From Candidatus Multivoradales bacterium (GTDB lineage: Bacteria > Acidobacteriota > Thermoanaerobaculia > Multivoradales > J023): 64,000 bases of DNA. Positions 48,027-57,679 of the stretch are shown piece by piece; the stretch's first letter is position 1; every line of letters begins with the position of its first letter. The notes beneath the pieces are model-generated. The model was not told where the DNA came from. It did no database searches and saw nothing but the letters and a program-made list of their open reading frames with translations. The position numbers were made by a program, and so were the translations under genes. Location: positions 1,056,001-1,120,000 of the forward strand of contig CBDFLE010000006.1 of assembly GCA_965248925.1 (NCBI GenBank). The letters run 5' to 3'.

Positions 48027-48659
48027 CTACTCCACCAACCCCTCTTTGATGCCGTATTGCATGATCTCGGCGTTGTTGCGCAACTTCATCTTTTGCAAAA
48101 TGCGGGCGCGGTAGGTGCTGACGGTCTTGACGCTGAGGACGAGTTCGGCGGCAATTTCCGAAACCGTCCGCCCCGAAGCGATCATCCGCAGCACCTGAAA
48201 TTCCCGATCTGACAGCGTTTCGTGCAATGGCCGGCCGAGATCGCTTTGCAAGCTGAACGCCAGCTGCTCGGCCAACGCCGGGCTAATGTACTTGCCACCG
48301 GTGCGAATTCGGTGGATCGCCTTGATCAGCTCGTCCGACGCCTTGTCCTTGGTCATGTAACCATCAGCGCCACCCTTGAGGCAGCGAATAGCATAGTGAT
48401 CCTCAGGTAGGGCTGAGAGCATCAAGATGTGGGTGTCGCTGTTCCGCTTCTTCAGGTCTTGAGCGATTTCCAGGCCCCCTCGACCTGGCATGGAGACATC
48501 CAAGAGCACCACATCCGGGGCGGTCTTCTTCGCCATCTCCAAGGTCTCTTGGCCATTCGCCGCTTCGCCGACGACAACAAAACTCTCCTCGGCGGCGAAA
48601 ACACTCTTCAAGCCCTCGCGAAACATCGTGTGGTCGTCAGCTATCAGGATCCTGATCAT
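48027..48659 (-). CDS. NarL/UvrY-family response regulator
   Basis: MIRILIADDH, LDVSMPG, LSDREFQVL, LSVKTVSTYRARI. Confidence 0.95.
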   Translation of the reverse strand: MIRILIADDHTMFREGLKSVFAAEESFVVVGEAANGQETLEMAKKTAPDVVLLDVSMPGRGGLEIAQDLKKRNSDTHILMLSALPEDHYAIRCLKGGADGYMTKDKASDELIKAIHRIRTGGKYISPALAEQLAFSLQSDLGRPLHETLSDREFQVLRMIASGRTVSEIAAELVLSVKTVSTYRARILQKMKLRNNAEIMQYGIKEGLVE

Positions 48660-49191
48660 CTCGTCTCCCTCACCGGCTTCAATTGCCCGCCGCAGCTGTT
48701 CGCACCATCCGCTGGTGTGTCCCCAGCCCCTCCCTGGAGGGGCCGCGATAGTCTATTGCTCTGGACGTGATCCTTCAAGATAGACCGCCGCAGATCAGAC
48801 CACAAACTCTGCATGCAATGATCCGCGACACCACTCCAACAACCTGCCTCGGCTGGCGACGCTTGCCTCCCACCATGGCCAAGTGCCGGCCAGCTTGTCA
48901 CGGCGGTAACCGTCGGGTGAATCTTCACGGTGGCGGCGCTTCGAACAGCCGGCAAAGACAAGGCCGAGGGGTCTCGCGACCTCATGCCTCAAACACCCCT
49001 AAGCTAAAGCAACCACCATGCCAATTCGAAGAAAATCAGTAAATTTCTTACTTCAGCCCCCCAGACTCATTGAGCTATATGGGACTATCCACCAACCGTC
49101 AGGTCCTCCGAGAGGCGATATTGGGTCTGTAGCCAGTTCGACAACAAGGTAAGAACCTCCTCTTGCGGAAGAACTCCAGATTTGAACTGGA

Positions 49192-51672
49192 ATGATCCGA
49201 GAACAGATGCCGACCTACCCACCAAGCCGCCGTGGCCGCTTCTTGCAGCTCACCGGCCTCTCCAGCCTGGCGCTGACCCAGCCCCTGCTCGATCTACTGC
49301 GCGCCTCGCCGGAACTACTGGTGGCTCACCGCGCGACCCCTTCAGACCTGCTGCTCATCGCTGTCTTGCCCACCCTGCTGCCGGTGGTGGTGGTGCTCAC
49401 TGTCGAATTCGCCGCTAGCCGCCTATCGAGATCTTTTGCGCGGTGGATACACAACTGTAGCATCGGCCTGCTGGTGGCTCTCTTGGTGCTGGGCATGATC
49501 CGCGGGCTGCCTCTCGGCAGTCCGCTGGCAATCGGGTTGGCGGCACTTGGCGGTGTCGCGGCCGGCTGGGGGGTCCAGCGGACGAAGTCGCTGTCCTTGT
49601 GGCTTTCCTACCTATGGCCAGCGGCCTTGGTGGTACCCCTGGTATTCTGGCTGTCGCCGGGCATTTCGGCATTGTGGCCAGACATTGGAGGCCGCCCGGT
49701 GGGCGCGACCCCTGAGGGGGCGGCAGGGGCCGGCTCAACGGTCGTGGTGGTAATCTTCGACGAGCTGCCAGTAGCATCGCTCAGCGGCCCGGACGGCGGC
49801 CTTGACCGCCAGCGCCTGCCGTCATTCGCTGATTTCGCCTGCTCGGCCACCCTCTACCCTAGGGCCTATTCGGTCAGCGACTTCACCGTCCAGGCGGTGC
49901 CGGCAATTCTCACCGGCCGCTACCCAAGAAGCCGCCGCTTACCGATTGCCGCGCACCACCGCGACAGCCTGTTCAGGCTGCTAGCGGCAAGTCACCGGAT
50001 GAATGTCGTCGAATCGGTCACCCAGTTGTGTCCGGTCGACATCTGCGCCGCAGATCCCGGAAGCGAAGTCGACCGGCGACTGCAACTTGCCGACGATCTG
50101 GGGATTGTGCTCGGCCATCGGCTATTGCCCACCGTGCTGAGTGCCAAGTTGCCACCGATCCAACTAAGCTGGGGGCACTTCGCCGGGTCCGGCGGCTGGC
50201 TTGCCGAATGGCGCCGGCGAGGTCGTGCCGACCGCCTGGACCAGGTCGCGCGCTTCCTGGCGGCTATCGACAACCCATCGCTGCCCACTCTGCACTTCTT
50301 GCACGTACTGCTACCCCATCCTCCCTTTAATTATCTGCCGTCGGGCAAGATCTTCAGCGCCGCCCCCTCGATTCCTGGACTTGAGGGAGAACGCTGGGGC
50401 AAAGAGACCTGGCCGATCACCCAGGCCCGCCAACGCCACCTCCTGCAGGTAGGTCTGGTCGACCGCGTCCTCGGCCAGATTCTCGCCCGACTACGCCACA
50501 GCGGAGTCTACGACAGCGCCACCGTGGTAGTGACCGCCGACCATGGTGTCAGCCACCAGCCAGGGGGCTACCGCCGCCATCTGGCGCCGGAGAACGCAGC
50601 ACAGATCCTCGCCGTTCCCTTGTGGATCAAAGCTCCCGGCCAACAGCGAGCGAAGGTCGACGATCGCCTGGTCGAGAGTGTCGACATTCTGCCGACCGTC
50701 GCCGCCCTTCAAGGCATCGAGCTACCCTGGCAGACTGACGGCCGCTCGCTCACCGTCCCCTGGTCAAGATCCCACATCACCGTCTTCCCACACCGCCAAC
50801 ACGGCGAGCGGTCGCTACAGCTGACCGCCGCCGAGCTGGAAGTTGGAGCTGAACTTCAAATCAACGACCCGTTCGCTCTTGGCCCCCACCCCGAATTGGT
50901 CGGCAGACGGCTCGAGGATCTTGAGTTGGGGCCGCCCTCGCAACTCACCACCGCCCTCGAGTTACCCGTCTCGACGGTGGTTGTGGGCCGTCCATCGCCC
51001 TACGCCGCGGCGTTGGTCAACGGCAGGATCTTCGCCCCTGACAACCCGCCGATGCCTGCCCTGGCAGTAGCGGTCGCGGGTATCGTGCGGGCGGTTACCC
51101 AAATCACCTCGGGCACCGAACACTCCTTCTCGGCTTTGGTTGGCGACCAGGCTTTCACCTCTGCCCAAGATGCCATCAGGGTTTTCGCTGTCACCACGGG
51201 GCCGGAGGGTCTACAACTACGGTCGATCGCTGAACGAAACGGCGCCGAGGGCCACGGTGGCGACCGGAGGTACAACCTGGTTTCCTCGATGCTGGGGCTC
51301 GAACACGACGGTTTCTTTGCCGCAGAGAGGTGGAGTGAGGGCGTCGTTCGCTGGACTGATGGCGACGCCAGAATCACCATCCCAATCGACCCTCGTTTGA
51401 TGCCGCGAGCCTTGCACCTGAAGATCTTGAAGTCCGGACCGCGTGGCGCCCGGCTGAGGATCACCGCCAACGGCAACGAGATATTTGATCAGTGGGTGCC
51501 CCGAATTCGCGGTACCAGCTGGCAGCGACGCGTCAGTCTTGCCGGCCTCGCGCCAGCGGATCAGCTGGAATTGCGACTACGCAGCGGCACCCACATTCCC
51601 CGCCGCGAATTCCACGCCAGCGACGATGGACGCCGGCTCGGCCTCGCCCTGCACGAGTTGCGATTGGACTAG
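49192..51672 (+). CDS. Membrane-anchored alkaline-phosphatase-superfamily (sulfatase-like) hydrolase/transferase
   Basis: About 5 N-terminal TM helices; IFDELP, DFTVQAVPAILTG, HVLLPHPP, TADHG, VPLWIK, DILPT. Confidence 0.85.
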   Translation: MIREQMPTYPPSRRGRFLQLTGLSSLALTQPLLDLLRASPELLVAHRATPSDLLLIAVLPTLLPVVVVLTVEFAASRLSRSFARWIHNCSIGLLVALLVLGMIRGLPLGSPLAIGLAALGGVAAGWGVQRTKSLSLWLSYLWPAALVVPLVFWLSPGISALWPDIGGRPVGATPEGAAGAGSTVVVVIFDELPVASLSGPDGGLDRQRLPSFADFACSATLYPRAYSVSDFTVQAVPAILTGRYPRSRRLPIAAHHRDSLFRLLAASHRMNVVESVTQLCPVDICAADPGSEVDRRLQLADDLGIVLGHRLLPTVLSAKLPPIQLSWGHFAGSGGWLAEWRRRGRADRLDQVARFLAAIDNPSLPTLHFLHVLLPHPPFNYLPSGKIFSAAPSIPGLEGERWGKETWPITQARQRHLLQVGLVDRVLGQILARLRHSGVYDSATVVVTADHGVSHQPGGYRRHLAPENAAQILAVPLWIKAPGQQRAKVDDRLVESVDILPTVAALQGIELPWQTDGRSLTVPWSRSHITVFPHRQHGERSLQLTAAELEVGAELQINDPFALGPHPELVGRRLEDLELGPPSQLTTALELPVSTVVVGRPSPYAAALVNGRIFAPDNPPMPALAVAVAGIVRAVTQITSGTEHSFSALVGDQAFTSAQDAIRVFAVTTGPEGLQLRSIAERNGAEGHGGDRRYNLVSSMLGLEHDGFFAAERWSEGVVRWTDGDARITIPIDPRLMPRALHLKILKSGPRGARLRITANGNEIFDQWVPRIRGTSWQRRVSLAGLAPADQLELRLRSGTHIPRREFHASDDGRRLGLALHELRLD

Positions 51673-51686
51673 TTCTGGCGGCCAGG

Positions 51687-52415
51687 TTAGGGTTGGTTAC
51701 GCTCGGATTCGAAGCAGAATTGCTGCTGCTCCTGATGACGTTCCCGCAGCACCTTGAAAACGCAGCGGCCATCGCCCTTTTGGAAACTTTCTTCCCGCAC
51801 CACTCGCCGACCGAGCAACCGCGACAGGGTCTCGACCGTGAGACTGCACAATGCCGGCCGACGGCTGGCCACTCTGAGGTATGGGCAATTGCGTTCCACC
51901 AAGCGCAAAGCACCGTCGTTGCCGCGCTCGACGCTGGTGTAAGGATCGTCGCTTTGGTAGAGGTTGCGCAGGCGCTCGAGTTTCTGCTCGTGGTCGAGCC
52001 CTTCAAGCATCGGCCGCCAACCCTCTTCGCGCCGAGCGACTAGCTCTGCCATCGTCCGACGCATGCCCTCGAGCCCATCACGCTCGGCGATCACATCGAT
52101 CAACTCGGTCGACAAGTCGTGATAGCTCTTGGGAAATAGATTCTCACCGGCCATGGTTAGCCGGTAAAACACCGTCGGGCGACCGACACCGCGGTCAAAA
52201 GGTCGCTCGGCGCGCTGATCTACCCAACCCGCCGAACGCAGGTGAACGACCTGCTGCCGAACCGCTTCATAGGACAGCTCGACTGCCGCCGCGAGCTCGG
52301 AAATACTCGCTTTTTGACGCTGTTTGATGGTCTCCAACAGCTGACGCCGGAGAGAGGTTAGCTGCGCGGTCGAAGTGGCTTCACTTGCCTGGTGCTGAAT
52401 CATCTTGCTGACCAT
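51687..52415 (-). CDS. SufR-like winged-helix transcriptional regulator
   Basis: ELAAAVELSYEAVRQQV..L, GVGRP...Y.LT, FPKSY, NCPY...LC...E...C. Confidence 0.85.
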   Translation of the reverse strand: MVSKMIQHQASEATSTAQLTSLRRQLLETIKQRQKASISELAAAVELSYEAVRQQVVHLRSAGWVDQRAERPFDRGVGRPTVFYRLTMAGENLFPKSYHDLSTELIDVIAERDGLEGMRRTMAELVARREEGWRPMLEGLDHEQKLERLRNLYQSDDPYTSVERGNDGALRLVERNCPYLRVASRRPALCSLTVETLSRLLGRRVVREESFQKGDGRCVFKVLRERHQEQQQFCFESERNQP

Positions 52416-52570
52416 TATCCCATCTTTTCCCGGTAAAATACCCACGGCTAGACAAACTACCTACCTAACCCGTGCCGGGTGAGATACGGCAGCGGCAGGC
52501 ATTCACCGACAGATGTCGAGCTACGCCGCCCGCCACAAGACCAAACCGCGACCTTCGAGACGAGCTGCCG

Positions 52571-54190
52571 CTAACCACTGGCTGTGTCGGCGGCGCGAAA
52601 TAGCTGGCGCAAGCGGCGGATAACAGCATCCTCACTTCGCAGGTCTGCCACCGACACCGCTTGATGAAACATTGACGCCATCTGCCGCGGTTGGGGCCGA
52701 CATTCCACCGCCCGGCGATAACCCTCCAGAGCTCTCTCGCCAGCGCCCAAGACCAGCCAAGCTTCACCCTCGGTGGCCCACCGCCACAGGCCCTCGGGCG
52801 CCGCCGCGCAATGCTCGAGAGCCCGCTGGGCGTGTTCCTCGGCGGCTGGCGGCTGGCGCAGGAAGGCCAGCTGCAAGAAGGCGACGTTGATGGCGTGGTA
52901 ATAGGCTTGCTCTCGGTCCTTGGCGGCCTCGGCCGCGGCCAGAGCCTGGCTATACAACTGTAACGCCCGCGCCCCGTCGTCCTGGCGCCGCTCTTTCAGC
53001 CAGCGACGCTTGAGGCGGCCGGCCAGAGCTCCCATGGGATCGGTGCCGCTGGCACTCTTGAGCACCGCGATCGCATCGTCGCTGCGGCCATCGGACTCGA
53101 GGGCCAAAGCCAAGGTTACGCGAGTGGCATCGTCGAGTTCGTCGCGATGCGGCCACAGACTGTCGATCGCGTCGCGGAAACGGCGTCCTTCCACCGCCAA
53201 CCGAGCGCTGTTCCAAGGGCCCGCCGGGGCAGCTTCGCCGATCAGTTGTTTCTTGACCAGTTCGACGCTGAGCTGTTTCGCCGAACGCGGATTGACAATA
53301 CTCAAATGGTCCCCTGGAACTACCGCCTGGAAATCCTCAGGAAACGAATCGAGCACCGATTCGGCCGCGACGAATTCGTCTTCGTCACCGGCGACCGCCA
53401 AGAACTCGAACGGCGGGTTCTTGCCGATGAGCTCCCGCCAACGCTGCCGCAGATCGGTGATGAACGGACTGCCCTGCGCCATGTCGCGAATCTGGCGCTT
53501 GTAGAAGCTCATTAGCGAGGCCTTGGCCAAACCACCGCTAGGGGTTCCGAACAGAATCAGATGGCTGATCCGCGCTCGCAGCTCGGGTAGGTCGAGCAGC
53601 GCCCGCTGGGTCACCAAGCCACCCATCGAGTGGGCAATGACCGCCAAGCTGCGGTATTTGGCAAAAGGCGAATGGTCGGTGATAGTGCCGAAGAAGCTGC
53701 CCAACCGAGAGATTGGCGGCGACGCCGTCCACAAGCCGGAGAAATCGAGCCACAGGTTGGTCGAATAACCGATGCTGTAGACATCCCACGATTGGAGCAG
53801 TGGGTCGCCGAGCAGAATATTGGGAAACTCACCCCAGGTCTTCGCTGAATTCTGCCCGAATCCATGAACGAAGATGATCGCCGCTTCCTGGCCAAGATCG
53901 CGGAAAGTTGTGTAACTCGGCAAGTCGCTCTCGGCATCGGCTGCCGGCGGCAAATCACCCATCAGCCCCTCGAGTTCGTCAGCATATTCCAACAACGCGC
54001 GGGACAGGGCGCGGGGGAATAGCGCTGAAGTGCGGGCCAGTCGCCGAGCCGGCTCGGTGGCAATACCCTTGGGAAGCAACTTAAACGGCAGGGTCGAGGC
54101 TCGCAATCCTAGTCGGGTCACGGATTCGAAGAGGCTCGCCACCTTGTCACCGACCGCGTGCCCTCCGGCCTCCCCGGCAATACGTTTCAT
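52571..54190 (-). CDS. Alpha/beta hydrolase fused to a C-terminal TPR-S-like domain
   Basis: FVHGF, AHSMGG, FGTP, GDEDEFV, GDHLSIV; C-terminal GALAGRLKR, YYHAINVAFL, WRWATEGEA. Confidence 0.82.
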   Translation of the reverse strand: MKRIAGEAGGHAVGDKVASLFESVTRLGLRASTLPFKLLPKGIATEPARRLARTSALFPRALSRALLEYADELEGLMGDLPPAADAESDLPSYTTFRDLGQEAAIIFVHGFGQNSAKTWGEFPNILLGDPLLQSWDVYSIGYSTNLWLDFSGLWTASPPISRLGSFFGTITDHSPFAKYRSLAVIAHSMGGLVTQRALLDLPELRARISHLILFGTPSGGLAKASLMSFYKRQIRDMAQGSPFITDLRQRWRELIGKNPPFEFLAVAGDEDEFVAAESVLDSFPEDFQAVVPGDHLSIVNPRSAKQLSVELVKKQLIGEAAPAGPWNSARLAVEGRRFRDAIDSLWPHRDELDDATRVTLALALESDGRSDDAIAVLKSASGTDPMGALAGRLKRRWLKERRQDDGARALQLYSQALAAAEAAKDREQAYYHAINVAFLQLAFLRQPPAAEEHAQRALEHCAAAPEGLWRWATEGEAWLVLGAGERALEGYRRAVECRPQPRQMASMFHQAVSVADLRSEDAVIRRLRQLFRAADTASG

Positions 54191-54285
54191 CTCAACTCCT
54201 CTCAGCAGTTCTCAATTGCCGACAACAGCGGTCCACTGTGCGGTACTGCCACTCTCAAAACCGTCCACGAAAAGGGTGTACTGCC

Positions 54286-55956
54286 CTAGATCAAAAAAAC
54301 ATCCAGCATCGGTGCCGGGCTGCCGTTAATCTCCGCCAGTCCTTGGTGGACAATCGAGCGCAGCAGCACTTGCCGCTGCACCACGCTGCCGTCAGGCGCC
54401 AGCTCTTCGACCCACTGCACCGTGCTGCGCAGCCGCTCGGCACCGCGCAACAGCTGCCCGTCGCCAGTGTGCAGGTCGATCCGGTCGACCCCAGGATCAG
54501 TCTGCGGGAAACTCAAGCGTAACTGGGTCAGACCCGTAGGATCGATCGCCGCCAAACCAGCGGCGGTCAAATCAACCCGAAGAGCGTAGAACTCATCGCC
54601 AAGGCTACCGACGAAGCAACCAGCATTCTCGGCATCGGCGGGGGCGGTGGCATCTGCCGGCTCGACCACGGCAGCGCCGAAAGTCCCCCGCTTAACATCC
54701 AGCCGGGGCACTCCCAAATCGCCCGAAAGGAAGGGATTGCTGCCACTAGCCGCCGCCCGTAGCAAATATAGACTGGCGCCGGTAATCACCACATCGTCCG
54801 GCAGCCCTGAGGTGTCGAAAGATACCAGCCCGGCGTAAATCGCGCTGCCGTCGTCACCAACCCGGATCGCCTCCGTGCCACTGCCACTGCCATCGCTCCA
54901 GCCATCGTTGGCACCACCTTGAGAAAAAAAGCTTGCCGCCGGCCCGCCGCGAAAGTGGTCGAAGAAATAACTCTGAGTCTGCTGCGCGATCTTGTATTGA
55001 TAACCATCGAAATCAAGGTGGATCGGATCGGCCGAGATACCTGCCACCTCTCGAAAATTCTGCCGCAGGGTCGGCCGCTGCGGGTTGCCACCGGGGAATG
55101 GATGGTGCAGAGGTGCGGCGATTCCGGGCCGCGGCAGCTCGCCGGGAGCGGCCACCCCATCGCCGTAGTAATAGTGCATCAGGCCTACCGAATTATCGTA
55201 TTCGAGCCCCGCGCGGTCCAAGGTCCACCCCAGGCGCCGACTCTCGATGCCGACCATCATCGAGTTGAGTTCCTGATCGGAGATCAGATCGCCGTCTGGA
55301 TCGCGGGACAGATCATCCCGCTTAGGGCAAGCGTAGATCCAACACCAGAGGAAGTTGACGTTGAAATTCGGATACTCGTAGCTCGACAGCAAGACCGTCG
55401 GCTGATTTGCATGGCCGGCAATGGAGTCGATGATCGTCGTGGTGTCTTGGCGAATGGTGGCGAACAGAGCCGCTTCAGAACCCGCCTGGTCGAGGTCCAT
55501 ATCCTTGTACCAACCGCCGTCCGAACGGCCGGCAAGAAGATCGTTGCCACCGATCGCCAAGACCACCGTATCGATCGCCGGTTGAGCATCGAGTTCGGCC
55601 AGCAGATTAGCGATCCAGGGATAGTTGGTTGTGTCGGCCCATTGCCGCGCCTCGCTGCCCGAAATGGCGTACTCCGACCCGCCGTAGCCTGCTCCCGGAT
55701 CCACATCCAGCGAACGCGCCAACATCAACTTGTCGGCGTGGCCGAAACGATCGAAGACATCGTTGTGCGAACCGTCATCCCACATGAACTGGGCCCAACT
55801 ATCGCCCGCCATCAACGCTCGTGCCCGCGGCGCCGGGCAGGAAGGGCCGCGTTGACTCTCCGCTTGCTCAGCCATTGCAGAATCGGCGGCAGCGCCGACC
55901 GCCAAGCTCACAGTCAACACCGCGAGCAGCAGCTTATCTAGCTGGATATTCGCCAT
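54286..55956 (-). CDS. Secreted SGNH/GDSL hydrolase with C-terminal beta domain; 3' end frameshifted (probable true end 54212)
   Basis: Signal peptide; GDSWA, GGNDL, DPIHL; FDTSGLP..VITGASLYL resembles a DNRLRE-type domain. Confidence 0.8.
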   Translation of the reverse strand: MANIQLDKLLLAVLTVSLAVGAAADSAMAEQAESQRGPSCPAPRARALMAGDSWAQFMWDDGSHNDVFDRFGHADKLMLARSLDVDPGAGYGGSEYAISGSEARQWADTTNYPWIANLLAELDAQPAIDTVVLAIGGNDLLAGRSDGGWYKDMDLDQAGSEAALFATIRQDTTTIIDSIAGHANQPTVLLSSYEYPNFNVNFLWCWIYACPKRDDLSRDPDGDLISDQELNSMMVGIESRRLGWTLDRAGLEYDNSVGLMHYYYGDGVAAPGELPRPGIAAPLHHPFPGGNPQRPTLRQNFREVAGISADPIHLDFDGYQYKIAQQTQSYFFDHFRGGPAASFFSQGGANDGWSDGSGSGTEAIRVGDDGSAIYAGLVSFDTSGLPDDVVITGASLYLLRAAASGSNPFLSGDLGVPRLDVKRGTFGAAVVEPADATAPADAENAGCFVGSLGDEFYALRVDLTAAGLAAIDPTGLTQLRLSFPQTDPGVDRIDLHTGDGQLLRGAERLRSTVQWVEELAPDGSVVQRQVLLRSIVHQGLAEINGSPAPMLDVFLI

Positions 55957-56035
55957 CGCCGCAGGATAGCAGAGGCCGAGGATCCCACTCAGCCGGCGGC
56001 TTGGGCGCGCTACTATCGTCAGCACTGAGATCAAA

Positions 56036-57679
56036 GTGCCCAGCCCCAATCACCAACTTACGCCCGCGAGCCCACCACGGACCGCCGCCTTGCTCGAGGT
56101 CCGTGGTCTACGAGTGCGCTACCGAACCCCGACCGGCGAGGTCACGGCGGTCGCTGGCGTGGACTTCGACATCCACCCCGGCGAGGGAGTGGGTCTACTC
56201 GGCGAGTCGGGCTGCGGCAAGACTAGCTTGTCGCTTGCCGTGGCCGGGTTGCTGCCAGCAAGCGCCGTCACCAGCGGCGGAGTGCATTGGCGCGGCCGGC
56301 GGCTCGATACCCTGCCGGCCGCGGCACGGCGTCGATTCCGCGGCGCCGAGGTGGGCCTGGTCTTTCAGCACCCCGATCGATCGCTCGACCCGCTGCAGCG
56401 GGTCGGCGGCCAAATCGCTCAGATTCTGCGCGCCCACCATCGAGCCAGGGGTCGGCAAGCACAGCAGCAAGCCCGGCAAATGCTCGCCGAGGTCGGCTTC
56501 GCAGATCCGGCAGCCACCGCTCGGGCCTACCCGCATCAACTCAGCGGCGGCCAGCGTCAGCGGGTGGCGATCGCCCAAGCTCTGGTTTGCCGGCCGGCAT
56601 TGGTGATCGCCGATGAACCCACCGCGGGTCTCGATTCGGTATCGCGCGCTCACCTGCTGCGGCTACTGCTACGGCTGCGCCAGGAGCGTCGAACCGCCTT
56701 GCTGGTGATTAGCCACGATCCTCTCGTACTGGCGGCGACCAGCGATCGTTTGCTGGTCATGCAAGAGGGTCGGTTGATCGAACGGGGCGCCGCCAGCGAA
56801 GTTCTCCACCACCCCCGGCAACCCCAAACCCGGCGCCTGCTGAGCGGCCTGTCGGGACCCCGCTCTAGCGCCCGAGAACAGCGGTCCATCACCACCGAGC
56901 GCTCTCGGAGTCCCTTGCTCGAGGCACTCGCTTTGACCAAGATCCACCCATCCCGCGGCCGCTCGGAACGGCCCGCGGTCGACGCAGTCAACCTTCGTTT
57001 GGCCGCCGGCGACACTCTGGCGTTGGTCGGGCGAACCGGTAGCGGCAAAACCTCTCTAGCCCGCTGCCTGGCCTTGCTCGATCGGCCGAGCGCTGGTCAG
57101 ATCCTGCTCGATGGCGAGGAGTTCCACCGCCTCCAGCGGGCTGCCAGAGCACGGATCCATCACCAGGTACAGCTGGTGCCACAGCATCCGGCCAGTGCCC
57201 TCAATCCGCTCTGGCGAGCTGCCCAAGCGGTTGCAGAGCCACTGTTCATCCACCGCCGCGGCAACCACCAACAGCGTCATCACCAGGCCCTCGAATGGAT
57301 GGCCGAGGTCGGCTTGGGCGCCGAGCTGGCACAACGCCCGGTCGGCCGACTCAGCGGTGGCCAAAGGCAGCGCCTGGTATTGGCTCGGGCGCTGGCTGCC
57401 CGACCGCGCCTGCTGATCCTCGACGAAGCTCTCTCGGCCTTGGACCTACCACGACGCGCACAGCTAGCGCAGCTGCTCGACGAGCTACGCCGCAAACACC
57501 ATCTAGCACTGCTGTGGATCTCGCACGACCTGCACACCGTCAGCCGGCTGACCGAGCGCATCGCGGTACTCGACCAGGGTCGCATCGTCGAGCAGGGAAC
57601 CTGTCGAGAAGTGCTCTCGGCGCCCGCTCACCCGGCCACCCAAGCGCTGATCGATGCCCTGCTGGAGCCCCCGGGATGA
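56036..57679 (+). CDS. Peptide/nickel ABC transporter, fused double ATP-binding subunit
   Basis: GESGCGKT, YPHQLSGGQRQR, ADEPT; second GRTGSGKT, LSGGQRQR, LDEA. Confidence 0.95.
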   Translation: MPSPNHQLTPASPPRTAALLEVRGLRVRYRTPTGEVTAVAGVDFDIHPGEGVGLLGESGCGKTSLSLAVAGLLPASAVTSGGVHWRGRRLDTLPAAARRRFRGAEVGLVFQHPDRSLDPLQRVGGQIAQILRAHHRARGRQAQQQARQMLAEVGFADPAATARAYPHQLSGGQRQRVAIAQALVCRPALVIADEPTAGLDSVSRAHLLRLLLRLRQERRTALLVISHDPLVLAATSDRLLVMQEGRLIERGAASEVLHHPRQPQTRRLLSGLSGPRSSAREQRSITTERSRSPLLEALALTKIHPSRGRSERPAVDAVNLRLAAGDTLALVGRTGSGKTSLARCLALLDRPSAGQILLDGEEFHRLQRAARARIHHQVQLVPQHPASALNPLWRAAQAVAEPLFIHRRGNHQQRHHQALEWMAEVGLGAELAQRPVGRLSGGQRQRLVLARALAARPRLLILDEALSALDLPRRAQLAQLLDELRRKHHLALLWISHDLHTVSRLTERIAVLDQGRIVEQGTCREVLSAPAHPATQALIDALLEPPG

